64,000 nucleotides of DNA from NCBI RefSeq assembly GCF_037042905.1, contig NC_087252.1, positions 25,732,001 through 25,796,000 on the forward strand, given 5' to 3'. The notes beneath the pieces are model-generated. The model did no database searches. It was given only the letters and a program-made list of their open reading frames with translations, and had not been told where the DNA came from. The DNA comes from Lytechinus pictus. Taxonomy: Eukaryota. The translations under genes and the position numbers were made by a program. This document shows positions 52,036 through 64,000 of this stretch, in pieces. The stretch's first letter is position 1, and each line of letters starts with the position of its first letter.

Positions 52036-53190
52036 AAACTCCTCAAAAAAAGTTTGGAAATCTGACATTGATCGATAATCCCTCTTCGGTTTTAGTGAAT
52101 ATCAATGTGTAATTAATATCAATGAATAGAGCATTCAGTTCCCTTTAAGATGATACCCTACATGATATGATTATGGTTCACATGGAGGTGCAGTGCCTTA
52201 AAACGTGGGACAAGGTCAAAATTCAAAAGCTGCAAAATGGCACAATATTGAAAGTCACTGTTCTTTTCTCCGTGGTGATGAGTGAGTTTCTCAGCGGTTT
52301 TGTTTTTACTTTGACCGATAATTCCTCATCGGTTTAAGTAAATATCAATGGGTAATTAATACCAATAAATAGATCATTTAATTTTCTTTAAAATGATACC
52401 CTATATGATATGATTATCATTCACATGGAGGTGCAGTGCCTTGAAATGTGGGGCAAGGTCAAAATTCAAAAGTTGCAAAATGACGCAATATTGAAAGTCA
52501 TTGTTCTTTTTTCCGTGGTGATGAGTGAGTTTTTCAGTAATTTCTTTTAATTGTTTTCATGCACTTCGACATCAACATTAAAATGGAATCAAATACACCT
52601 CTGCACAAGCAAAAACATAACAAACAAACATGCATGGGTATTTCAAACAACGACACAAACCATGTTATCTCACAGAACCATCACTACAGAAGCAAGGGCT
52701 TGGTTTGAATGGATTTTCATCTCTACTGACACAGACAAAAGAACCATGTTCTGTATTGACCCTTCATGACTATTTCTGCTCGTTTTGCAGCTTTTCGATT
52801 CAGACCTCATCCAACACTTTTGAATCCTGCTGTTTTCGTGATGGCATGATCATTGATCATAACAAGCATGGTATCATCTTAAAGAGAATTAAATGATCTT
52901 TTGAATGATATCAAATATGCATTGTGCAATATTGGGTGTAGGGAGAAAGGAATGGTCAAACTCAGATTTCCAAACCCTTTTTGCTCGTTTTGCAGCTTTT
53001 CAATTCAGACCTCATCCAACACAATTGAATCCTGCTCTTGTCATGATGGCATGATCATAACAAGCATGGTATCATTTTAAAGAGAATTAAATTATATTTT
53101 GAATGATGTAAAATATGCATTGTTTTAAAATTGGGTGTAGGGAGAAATTAATGGCCAAACACATATTTCCAAACTTTTTTTGAGAGGTTT
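52036..53190. mobile_element. Non-autonomous Tc1-like element with two internal tandem duplications (~240 bp and ~205 bp)
   Basis: aaactcctcaaaaaaagtttggaaat pairs with atttccaaactttttttgagaggttt; 52070-52300 repeats at 52310-52540, and 52775-52975 repeats at 52980-53175. Confidence 0.6.
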
Positions 53191-53194
53191 ATAA

Positions 53195-53555
53195 AAAAAT
53201 ATAGTAAAACCTCGGACTATTTTTAAATTACAATAAAGCCTTTTTTGAAGCAAAAAGTTGAGGTAAATTAAAATCAAATGTAAAATATCATCCCCAACAT
53301 GCGTAGCTCGTATGTGATTGTAAACAAACCATCCAAACTGCCGATTGAAAGCTGTGCAACACGTACATCTACTCTCTCGGGCTCAGCCAAGGCGAGCAAG
53401 CAATTATGTGTTTGTGATGGTTTGTTTACAATCACATACGAGCTACGCATGTTGGGGATGATCTTTTACATCTAATTTTAATTTACCTCAACTATTTGCT
53501 TCAAAAAAGGTTTTATCGTAATTTAAAAATAGTACGAGGTGTTGCTATATTTTTA
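53195..53555. repeat. ~360-bp palindrome with ~140-bp arms (probable centre of the 50258-54137 foldback)
   Basis: atcatccccaacatgcgtagctcgtatgtgattgtaaacaaaccatc has a perfect reverse complement at ~53416-53462. Confidence 0.85.
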
Positions 53556-55546
53556 TACAGATAAATAATTCCCGAGTTTCGTTATTTTGTCAAAATAATG
53601 AGGTAGAAATTATATCTAACAAGTGACAATTTATCCCAGCCACGTGAAGTTTATCGTCGGTGCATATTGTCTGCTGCTATTCGTTGAGTTGATTTGCCTT
53701 CAGATTCGGATATATTCACTCTTTTGTAAGTACAGTTATATCATTATTTTCCTTCTGCAAAGTAAATTTTATTGACCGAGGGAAGAGACTCTGTCTGGAT
53801 GGTCAGGCTGGTATTCATTTTCATGGATTTATTTTGGCCCGCGGTACGTGCAGCTAGCACTAGCAGCTGCATTAGTTGGTAGCGAATCGGAATGCAATTT
53901 AAATTATCCGACTCATCATCATAGACATAATTCCCCTAATTTACCTCCATCCACGTCACTAGAGCTAGAAAGTTCATCATCATTCTCTTCATCTTCAAAA
54001 TCATCAATTTGAAAATCCAAAATCTATATAAACTTCTGGGTTTTCTTTCATTTCGTGATCAAGTATTCAGTGACACTGTGAAGAAAACGTACCCTCGCAA
54101 CAGGTTTTGCATGCAAGTGGAACTTGACGTGGGAGAGCCAATCACTTCTCTCGCACACTCATACACGTCATCAAATTCGAGTCAATTCAGAGACCGATGG
54201 GAGGCGTATTTCGGAGAGGCGTTTTTTTTTTCGCTTTTAATTGGCAATTTCCATCTTATGTATAACTTTCGTTATTTTTGAATGACCAAATGATAATCCC
54301 CACATCATGACCTTTCCACTGATATATAATAAGGCCATATTCATAATTAATATATTTCTCCTTTAAACAAGTAGGCATATCGTTCACACACCTCCGCTAT
54401 ATCATGTATATGGTGAAAAACAGGAAAAAAACGCATGATTTTTAAGTACGAACCATATTGAAAAGGGGGGCTGAAACCCACTGGCGTAAATCCCGGGGGG
54501 ATGGGGGGATATATCCCCCCACCCCACTTTTCGAGGAGGGGGGGATTGCCTGTACAAACATCCCCCCACTTTTTACGAAAGAAATGAAAAAAAATCCCAA
54601 GAGATAATTGTTTTATTGGTGAAAATTCTTCCTGAAATACCGCTTAACAAATAAAACAATATTATTGAATCATAAAATGCAAATAAGGAGCCAGTTCACC
54701 ATTTCCAAAATAAATACTTATGTCCTTGTTATAACATTGAAGAGAAACCCCCGTTTCTTCCAATTCATCAATGTTGGGGTCTTTGGGAAGGGATTAAGAT
54801 GGAATGTCACAAAATTTTGGATGTAATCTCTAATAAAACCATTAAACCATCATGGGGTAAAAAAGATAGTGTATTGGAGGGGTATTTGCGATATGGACAT
54901 ACAGTGGCGTACCTACGGGGGGCACATGCCCCCCCCCCCCATCCGCTGACCAAAAAAAAGGGGGGAAAGGAGAAAAGAGTGAAAAAGGAAGAGAAACGTA
55001 GTGGGAAAGAAGAAAAAATTATTCATTATAATGTTATAGTATATTATGATTATGTTTTGTTACATTACTTAAGAAACATTTTTATCATAACTTTATGAAA
55101 CATAATTTGCCCAGGGCCTACGTCTTCATTGTTCCTGGCGCTCGCATTGTCTGTTTAACGATATATATAATCATGTTGTACTAAAACATCCCGTTTTCAA
55201 GTTAATATAAACCAATTATATTTCCTAGCACTTGAGTTATCACTGTTTCATGTAGTGACCTATGCTTCTTTTACATGACTCAAAAAGTGATTGCTCCATG
55301 TTTAGTTGAGGTCTTCGTATATACACTACTCAAAAAAAGTTAAGGACCACTTTTTAATGTGTGTATACAATTTTCAAACCGGGTGTTGTATTTCTAGAAA
55401 TACCCGAATATGGCTGTCTTGAATCTCCTCAAACACCCTGTAACAATTTCACACATGGGTGGTTTCAGTTGTTGCATGATGTCTCTCGCATTATTGCATA
55501 TCCTGAAAAGTGGGCCCATTGTGAAGTGGTACAAATGTGGATTCAA

Positions 55547-55942
55547 ATGCATTTTCTGTCTTTAGTCTCTACAATCAACAAATTGCTGACAACAGCAATG
55601 CCAAGATACAGCTGTCCAGGATGCCATCAAACACAATGAAATCAATTTCACACATGCAGTTCTTTCATGTCTCTTGCATCATTGCAATGTGCCCGTACAA
55701 AAGTGGCTTCCAAAGCATTTTCTGTCTTTAGTCTCTACAATCAACAACTTGCTGACAATAGCAATGCCAAGATACAGCTGTCCAGAATGCCATCAAACAC
55801 AATGACATCAATTTCACACATGCAGTTCTTTCATGATGTCTCTGGCATCATTGCAGTGGGCCATAAGACAAGTGTCTTCCAAAGCATTTTCCGTCTTTAG
55901 TCTGTACAATCAACAACTTGCCTACAACAGCAATGCCAAGAC
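55547..55942 (+). repeat. ~168-bp tandem repeat (about 2.3 units) covering the transposase leader and start codon
   Basis: gcatttt..gtctttagtct.tacaatcaacaa..cagcaatgccaaga occurs three times (~55549, ~55715, ~55884). Confidence 0.85.
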
Positions 55943-56961
55943 ACCACCTAAGTGAAACAGATGTAGCCAGAGCCCTAGGGATGCTGGAAGCTGGCCTCAG
56001 TCAGCGAAGAGTAGCCAGAATGATGGGCGTGTCACACAGTGTCATTAGCAGAGCAAATCAAAGACACCGAGAGACAGGGCTATACTCCGAGAGACCCCGC
56101 AGTGGCCGACCAGTTTCGACAACCCCTAGAGATGATCACTACTTGACGAATCTCAGCCTCCGCAACCGCTTTCACAGTGCACGACGCCTCAACAATGACT
56201 TCGCTGCAGCAACTGGAGTGATTGTTTCCACTCAAACAATCCGTAACCGACTTCACAGAGCCAATATGCATGCCAGACGGCCAGCTCAGTGTGTCCCACT
56301 CACCCCTGCTCACAGAAGAATTCGTCTCAACTGGGCACGGGAGCATGTCAGATGGACCAGACAGCAATGGCGTAGAGTTCTGTTCACAGATGAGAGCAGA
56401 TTTTCCCTTGACCACAATGATGGACGTTCGAGAGTCTGGAGGCGACCAGGAGAGAGATTTGCAGACCCCTGTATTGCAGAACATGACCGTTATGGGGGAG
56501 GCAGCGTCATGGTGTGGGGAGGCATCACCTACGCCAACCGTACTCGTCTCTACGTGGTCCCAGGGGGAGCAATGACAGGAGTGAGGTACAGGGATGAGGT
56601 CCTTGAACCTATAGTGGTGCCATTTGCAGAAAATGTGGGACAAAACATCATTTTCATGGATGACAATGCCCGTGCCCACCGAGCTAGGGTGGTGACCGAG
56701 TTCCTTGAGGGCCAGGGGATTGAGCGTATGGAGTGGCCAGCGAGGTCCCCGGACTTAAACCCGATAGAGCACGTCTGGGACATGATGGGGAGGAGTCTCG
56801 AGCAGCTCGAAGCCCATCCACTTGGACTGCAGCAGCTGGGTGTGGCTCTGGAGGCTGCATGGGATGCACTGGACGTCAGAGACATCAATCGCCTCATCAG
56901 CTCCATGAGACAGCGCTGTGAAGCCGTTATTGCTGCAGGAGGTGGTCACACTCGTTACTGA
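55933..56961 (+). CDS. Tc1-family DD34E transposase, 342 aa from the first ATG
   Basis: Paired-like HTH, GRP linker, VLFTDESRF, VMVWG, MDDNARAH and WPARSPDLNPIEHVW motifs; 34 residues between the second D and the E; no stops or frameshifts. Confidence 0.97.
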   Translation: MPRHHLSETDVARALGMLEAGLSQRRVARMMGVSHSVISRANQRHRETGLYSERPRSGRPVSTTPRDDHYLTNLSLRNRFHSARRLNNDFAAATGVIVSTQTIRNRLHRANMHARRPAQCVPLTPAHRRIRLNWAREHVRWTRQQWRRVLFTDESRFSLDHNDGRSRVWRRPGERFADPCIAEHDRYGGGSVMVWGGITYANRTRLYVVPGGAMTGVRYRDEVLEPIVVPFAENVGQNIIFMDDNARAHRARVVTEFLEGQGIERMEWPARSPDLNPIEHVWDMMGRSLEQLEAHPLGLQQLGVALEAAWDALDVRDINRLISSMRQRCEAVIAAGGGHTRY

Positions 56962-58615
56962 ACTGCCTGAAAGACACTCAGACATTCGTTTTTACCACTT
57001 CATGTCGGTAGCTGATACCCCTCGGGGCCCACTTTTCAGGATGTGCAGTGATGCGAGAGACATTGTGCAACAACTGAAACCACCCATGCGTGAAATTGAT
57101 TACAGCGTGTTTAAGGACATTTAGGACAGTTGTACTGAGGTATTTCCAGAAATAAAACACCTTGTATAAAATCTTTATGTACGTTTTAAAAAGTAGTCCT
57201 TAACTTTTTTTGAGTAGTGTATATGAAACATTTCCTGTCCGTGATTACGTTCGCATTGGTCGATTGGTGAGATATGTCTGCTCTTCATGAATTCTTAAAA
57301 TCAGTCCTTAAAATGTCCCTTCTTCTGATCTGAATATCAAAAATTTTCAGCTCGCGCTTCGCGCTCGCATCATTTGGTTAATGAAATACGTATGGTCCTA
57401 GTTAATTCCTACAAACATGACAAAGAAACCTTAGAATGCCCCACTTCAGGTCTGAATTATCAAAATGTTCAGCTCGCGCTTCGCAATATTTGATTAGTGA
57501 GATGCGTATGATAATCATGATTGCAATGACTACAAAAAGTGTTTCATGTGTTCAGATGTAATTCTAATAAAATCAGCAAGCGCTTGGCACTCACATTAGA
57601 TGAATATGGTGAGATATGCATACTCTTAGTGGATTCCTAAAATATATTCCTTAAAATCTCGCTGTTTGGGGTCAAAATATACGAAAATTTCAGCTCGGGC
57701 TTTGCGTTCGCATTGTTTAGCGAGACAGGTACCTATCATGACTACACAAATTTGATTATAATGTCCCATTTTAGGTGTGAATATAAACAAAATTTCAGCT
57801 CGCACTCGCATTATTTAATCAGTGAGATACATATCCGTTTAATGACATTGTCCTTAAAATGTCTCTATTAGGTCAGTATAACTGGCAACTGAGCGCGCTT
57901 CGCGCGCTCACTCAGTGATTCAAAAATTTTCTTGGTGCCCCCCCCCCCCCCATTGCCGTGACCAACGGTACGCCACTGTAGACATATCAATGACAATTCC
58001 TTGCATATCTAAAAAAATGAGGGTGATTCCATACTTGTCGTACGGGACATTTAGAAAACATTTGAAAGTTTTTGGACAAGAAAAACTAAAAATATTCCAG
58101 TAACTAAAGGTGATCATCAAATACTACCAGAGTGTTAGAAAAACCAAGATTTAACGTGACTTGAATTCACATCCTGTATAATACAGATTTAAAATAGTAA
58201 TGTTTGACAAATAATTTTCATAGAAACTGAACTCAAATTGATATTACCCAAGAACAAACACATCTATGAAAGAAAGCAAAATAAACATTCATGAATAAAT
58301 AAAGCAAATTACAATTTTCGAGAACATTGTGAACACTCAAAATGTGTCGTAATCTCTAAATTGAAGCCAAACTGTCTTACTTTATGTCGCTTTGACTTCT
58401 TCAATCACTTTATTTGGCTGATGATAGTGATAATCCTATCAAACTTAAGACATTCATTATGTTAGAAACCGCTATTGGCTGAATATTTCTGTCAATTTAT
58501 TATAAACAAAATATTGTGTCGTACGGGACATTTGTTTGTCGTACAGGACACTTTTGTGTCGTACGGGACTTTTCTGTGTTGTACAGGCACGTGCGTGTTG
58601 TACTGGGCAGGCGCC

Positions 58616-58905
58616 AGCGGCGTAACAGGGGTCGGTGGCCAGGGGGGGGGGGCAAGAGCCAAAAATTTCCCGGTCATATCAAGGTATGAACAGGCGTAAT
58701 GGTGTAATGAGGCGACTATTTTGAGAAGGCCAGAATTTATCTTTTTAAAAATTGCGAGCGAGCGAATCGAGCGAGCAAATATTTTACCTTTTTAATATAA
58801 AAATCCAATTTTGTGATAGATTTTGACATGATATCCAGAGAATAATATATTTCATTCTTTTCTCTTTAGATTCCTTTTTTTGTCACGGTGGTCTGTACGC
58901 CACTG
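58616..58905. mobile_element. Degenerate hAT-like MITE
   Basis: cagcggcgta ... tacgccactg inverted ends; gcgagcgagcga motif inside. Confidence 0.5.
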
Positions 58906-61561
58906 TGAACAGGATTCTTTGCGGCAGTAGTGTGAAAAGTAAAAAACACAAAAAAAAAAAAAAAAACGAGAGGCGCAGTACAGAACATGTGCTAAAAGGC
59001 TGCTTTATATTATATATACATCCCGAGCGAGCGAAGCGAGCGAGAAAAAAAAATCAACTTCTCATGATAATATAACTTTGAGCTATTTTTTGACATAATT
59101 TATTCAGTAATTAAAATGATATCCTACAATTTTCCTTTACTTTTCTAACCATAAAGAGGAAATTCCTCCTTTTTTGTTGTTCTTGGCTGTAGAACTTTTG
59201 GGGGCCATCGCCCAACCCTTCCATACGCAATGCTTTGCCTTTGGGGTCCGGGGCGGGGCCCCCGGAACTTTTTGATATCAAAGCCATTTAAAGTATACAC
59301 CCGAAGAATCAAAAGTATTTTATAATGACTTTATGTGGTCATCATTGAAAAGGGGAAGTATTACTAATCAGATATATAACTTCACTTTCCAAAATAGTGA
59401 TCAGAGTTTGCAGAAATCAGCTCTCAAAAATGATTTATTTTCATGCCATATTTCTGCCTTCCACCGGTTCTCTTGCGAGCTCCAGCTGAGTGACGTCACA
59501 CAATGAGCAGTGAGCAGCTGAGCTGACAGCAGCCCATTGGAGACGATCTTTCCAATCAGCATTTTTTGCTCTTAGAATTGTTTATTCCTCTTAAGATTGG
59601 TCTTGTTATATAGATAAAAGTTTGAATTTACTGAACAGTGAAAAAAAGTGCACATTTAACGTATTTTGGTAACCGATATTTAGCTTAGAATTTTTTTTTT
59701 TTCAAGAAATATATGTGAATAAGCAAAGCATATTTTCACGTAGAAATCACACTTGCGTAACATCAATATTATAATCAATATAAAGCATAGACATTTCTTT
59801 TTTATGACTGAACAAAAATTATGAAATTTCATTAAGTAGCAAAGTCAGGAACCACAAAAAAAACACGGCAATATCCATCGCGAAATGACTAAAATTGCAG
59901 TTGAATTGCCGAAGCATTATTAGGCAACAGCGGCGAGCGGACTTTATTTCATATATCTTAAAAATGCCTTTCCGATAAGGTAATGGTCTCTGGCCAAATG
60001 CGTTGGCCATTGATTTGTCATGTGCGAGGACCCTGGTTCGAAACTCGGATTTTTTTTTTCTGGGTATTTTTTTTTTATTCCTTCCCCGTCCCTACCCATC
60101 TTTTTTTCTCTTTTTATTTTCTTGTGAAATTCTATTCAGACCTGTATTTATCAAATCTTGCTTCTTAATTGCTGCTTTTGATTTTCAAGTTCTTGATTAG
60201 ATTATTTCTACTCTTATTTGGGATGGGAGGGGTATAGTTAAAAGTCAAGTCCACATCAACTAAAAATTATTTGACTAGAGTAATTTCCCTTGTTGTTTTT
60301 ACTCAAAACAGTCATATACACAAAACAATGATATGCAAATTAGAGTTGTCACTCACATCACATTTGTTTATATTTTTTGTGACATTTTGTTTTGTTATTC
60401 TTTGCAGATTTGACGATAGGAAACTCTTCATCTGATCACAATAGGTTATATTTACGGAACTGTTAAAATAGTAATTATATAAATTTGAATCAAAGATTTT
60501 ATGAAATTTCCTGCAATATCTTGTTATTTTTTTTTTAATTCAAATGAATTTTTGATTGCGTGGACTTCTCCTTTACTCTTAATGTAGGGAATGCATAGCA
60601 AAATTTATCCAGAAACAAAATTGTCTTAGAATATGCCAATCAGTAATTGGACACATGTTCACTTTTCTTTCATCCAGGCCACTTCCTCACATCCACCAGG
60701 CTTTCAGTCTTATAACAAAAATGATGAACCATCACACAACAGCACACAACATTCACAGTGCTTCACAATAAATATTTCACTTCTGTTCATACATGCAATA
60801 AATATTGTGGAAAACAAATAAAAGGCGTACCCATATTCAAATACCGTTTAAAAGGACAAATATAGTATACCTTTCGAGAAAAATCAGCACGTTAAATATC
60901 TGATAACAAAACATAATTACGGGGCACTGCAAGAAACTTATGTTCAATTGTAAATCAAGCGTAAGTCTTGAATTCAAATTCAAGCGTAATAAGGTCGAGT
61001 TGCAATCGCAATTCAACTACATGTTTAATCAAAGGACTTACCCTTGATTTGGGACGTGTGATTGAGTATAATATTTCTCGCAAAATGCCCTAGTAACATT
61101 AAAATTGTTCTTTCGTTTTAAATTGTGTGTTATTATTTTTGACAAGCTGTATTCCTGTCCAAGTCAAATTTCTTAGTTCTCTCCAAAACTGTGCTCAAAA
61201 TTGTTTCCAAGATTGATAAAGAAAATTTTTCTTTTGTATCATTATCAGTCCACAACTTGCAAACCGTAGGTCCTGGAAAGAGTGAAGAAAAAAATGGCTA
61301 TATCCAAATCATAGTAAAAGGACATGATGGAATCTCCCAGATTGAGGTAGCAAGCAGAGACCAGAAGTCACTAGAGTCAGCAAGTGTGCAGATATGTGTG
61401 TAGAAGTCTGTGTGTAGAAGAGAGAAAACAAGAAATACGGGTAGTTTAAATAATAAAATCAAAGTATGAATTTAATTATCGTGATGATTGATGACGTGCG
61501 GTGGCATGTAATTCCCGGTCAACAACAAATGATAGTATGTTTAGACACCTGAAAAGTTCCA

Positions 61562-61742
61562 CTCAGAACACTGGTGCTCTACCTCAAGTGATGTTTGTGT
61601 AGGCCCCACTCCACTTCACTACCGCTACACTACCGTACATGTACGCCACACCTACCCGGGTAGGTGTGTAGCGTAGTGTAGGCTGTAGCAGTAGTGAAGT
61701 GGAGACTACACGAACATCACTTGAGGTACGGTGCTCTCTGAG
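61562..61742. repeat. Imperfect 180-bp palindrome (MITE-like)
   Basis: Centre cacacctacccgggtaggtgtg; flanks tacctcaagtgatgtt / aacatcacttgaggta and ctccacttcactac / gtagtgaagtggag. Confidence 0.75.
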
Positions 61743-62904
61743 TCTCTGTGTCATTACAAATATTGCATTTATCTTCATTGTTGAAGGCATTACGCATACA
61801 TATATGCAGCAACACTCTAATCAGAAAGAAACACCAGACTCTAATTTTGGCCCACCCCAGGGTTCATTACATGCCGCCGCGCACAGAAAATTCAAGCCAT
61901 AGAAGTCGTGTGTTGTGGACCCAAGAAGTGAGATCCCAGCACGCGCGACCCACTAGTTAGAAGTCCACTGCCAAACGCGGTTCGTGGTGCGAGGTTAGTA
62001 TACTAATACTAACCTCGCAATACGTGTGAGTGATTTTGGCCAGGAATCAGGGTAATCACTGCTGAAAATTTGTCTGGCTTCATGACATCGGCATCATGGT
62101 GATATAATTATGTGTATAATAAAAACTTAAACATTCCTCTGAAACAGCATATTTTCAGCCATGGTCCATACCAGTGCTCCTAAATAATTTAATCGCCTGC
62201 CTGAGTCCTGACCAGTTTTAGAAATCTGAAGAAAAAAAATCTGCTGGAATTGTGCAAAAACATTATTTCTAAAATAAAGACTTTTTAATTTTAATAGTAG
62301 TTATGCCAAAATGCATGATTCTAAACTTATATCAGATCTGTATCTGTCATCTGACCTGAATGCATCGTCAGAACAAGTACAGTTTCCAAACATGCTTACC
62401 TTGACTTTTGACTGGATCAAACAGCGTAACCTGCAACATGCATCGGGAGCAAGTGAATGGGACCGTGCAGCTTGGAGTTTTTCAATAGTTTGTAGAGCAA
62501 CACAACGAAGACTGTCGAGTGGACAAAATCGATCTTTCCAGTTCACAATTCAATAAAAAACGGGCAAAATAACACAGTTCTGGTTCCCTTATAGTATGAA
62601 GTTGTCGAAAACAGAATTCGGATATCACAATACATGAAGAAAACGGTAAATTCGAAGAAAAATAGAGACCAGGAAGGTGAATCAGCTATCAGTGTACTGC
62701 TGGCTTGCACAGAGAGCTGAGTGAGTCGATCATGTGACGTCATTATTCTCGACTGTTTTTGATCGCGTGATTGTCTGTCTGGGGGCGGCTGGGGGCTGAG
62801 AAGGGTCTCTAATAATTTAATTTCTTGCATTTCCACGACATCAATAAGACTTTTTAGTGACATATTTGCGTATAAAAAGACAAGACCTTTCCATTCATAT
62901 ATAA

Positions 62905-62950
62905 TTGTCTCACCTGCATAGCAGAGTGAGACTATAGGCGCCGCTTTTCC

Positions 62951-62981
<31 letters not shown>

Positions 62982-63890
62982 GCGGCGACGGCGGCGGCGG
63001 CGTCAACACCAAATCTTAACCTGAGGTTAAGTTTTTGAAATGACAGCATAACTTGGAAAGTATATGGACCTAGTTCATGAAACTTGGCCATAAGGTTAAT
63101 CAAGTATTACTGAACATCCTGCCTGAGTTTCATGTCACATGACTAAGGTCAAAGGTCATTTAGGGTCAATGAACTTAGACCATGTTGGGGGAATCAACAT
63201 CAAAATCTTAACCTAAGGTTAAGTTTTTGAAATGTCATCATAACTTAGAAAATATATGGACCTAGTTCATGAAACTTATACATAAGGTTAATCAAGTATC
63301 ACTGAACATCCTGCATGAGTTTCACGTCACATGACCAAGGTCAAAGGTCATTTAGGGTCAATGAACTTTGGCCGAATTGGGGGTATCTGTTGAATTACCA
63401 TCATAACTTTGAAAGTTTATGGATCTGATTCATGAAACTTGGACATAATAGTAATCAAGTATTACTGAACATCCTGTGCAAGTTTCAGGTCACATGATCA
63501 AGGTCAAAGGTCATTTAGGGTCAATGAACTTTGGCCAAATTGGGGTATTTGTTGAATTACAGCCATAAATTTGAAAGTGTGTTGGTCTAGTTCATAAAAC
63601 TTGGACATAATAGTAATCAAGTATCACTGAACATCCTGTGCGAGTTTCAGCTCACATGATCAAGGTCAAAGGTCATGTAAGGTCAAAGAACTTTGGCCAC
63701 GTTGGGGGTATTTGTTGAATTGCCATCGTATCTCTATAAGTGCATTGGTCTAGTTAATAAAACGTGGAAATAAGAGTAACCAAGTATCACTGAACATCTT
63801 GTGCGAGTTATAGTAGTTTTCAAAATCAGCACTGCGGCTATATTGAATCGCGTGATGCAGGTGAGACGGCCAGAGGCATTCCACTTGTTT
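62905..63890. mobile_element. Complete Helentron/HINE-like element with a ~162-bp internal tandem repeat
   Basis: Asymmetric subterminal inverted repeats gtctcacctgcat (62907) and atgcaggtgagac (63855); terminal hairpin; (ggc/gac)n microsatellite; aaggtcaaaggtca-containing repeats; T-rich flanks. Confidence 0.75.
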
Positions 63891-64000
63891 GTCTATAATC
63901 ATCACTTTCGTTAATTTTCTTTGGATGTATACTTTAAACCTCGCAGATATCCTCAATTTTTAATCAAATCGCGGGCATAAACAGAATATAGCTTTTACAC

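Larger units (their letters stand above)
50258..54137. mobile_element. Older foldback-type element with ~580-bp inverted arms and nested insertions
   Basis: 50258-50777 plus 51981-52035 is the reverse complement of ~53558-54137 with scattered mismatches; the right side may run on to a cctttaa end at ~54366 with no left counterpart. Confidence 0.75.
55324..57219 (+). mobile_element. Full-length Tc1 transposon, 1896 bp
   Basis: TA|CACTACTCAAAAAAAGTTAAGGAC ... GTCCTTAACTTTTTTTGAGTAGTG|TA; imperfect inverted similarity extends ~200 bp; intact transposase ORF. Confidence 0.96.
54902..57978. mobile_element. hAT-type non-autonomous element hosting the Tc1 insertion
   Basis: CAGTGGCGTACC ... GGTACGCCACTG TIRs; 8-bp TSD tggacata/tagacata; internal gctcgcgcttcgcgc repeats. 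Confidence 0.8.

Noticed and set aside
56080..56985. Antisense and alternate-frame ORFs over the transposase
   Set aside because: Shadow ORFs of a GC-richer coding sequence.
59980..60052. tRNA gene
   Set aside because: Has a B-box-like GGTTCGAAAC, but I could not fold a convincing cloverleaf; probably a decayed tRNA-derived repeat.
61988..62019. 14-bp stem hairpin as a terminator or structured RNA
   Set aside because: Eukaryotic context with no supporting transcript features; more likely abutting repeat ends.
62543..63103. 186-aa ORF with a poly-Ala/Val stretch
   Set aside because: Begins in the Helentron-like repeat; the Ala run is its (ggc/gac)n microsatellite.

Overview
This is AT-rich, repeat-dense eukaryotic (animal) genomic DNA. 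The repeat families (TTAA-flanked Kolobok-type MITEs, GCTCGCGCTTCGCGC-motif hAT MITEs, TGACCTTTGACCT-array Helentron-like elements, a tRNA-derived SINE) look like a marine invertebrate, probably a sea urchin; this assignment is inference. The only clearly intact coding sequence is a DD34E Tc1 transposase (55933-56961) in a complete TA-flanked element. Main structures: (1) a 3.6-kb near-perfect foldback element with TAT..ATA termini and a 6-bp TSD (3137-6735, IS3EU-like signature) at the bottom of a three-level nest; (2) a second foldback family whose arms include a (CAT)n/C-run satellite expanded about ten-fold on one arm only (21516-27221 and copies); (3) a ~9.5-10.3 kb tandem duplication (18921-38738) whose junction is a chimeric MITE with a crossover mappable to 84 bp, plus a microhomology-joined secondary duplication; (4) candidate minus-strand exons that splice in frame to a short single-pass membrane protein or pseudogene (41125-45990); (5) LINE, Penelope and SINE remnants. 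The many His/Ser/Ile/Met/Asp-rich ORFs are artefacts of the satellite. I see no convincing evidence of a new protein-coding system; the novelty is in transposon and rearrangement architecture. Superfamily calls rest on termini and TSDs read by eye and need database confirmation.
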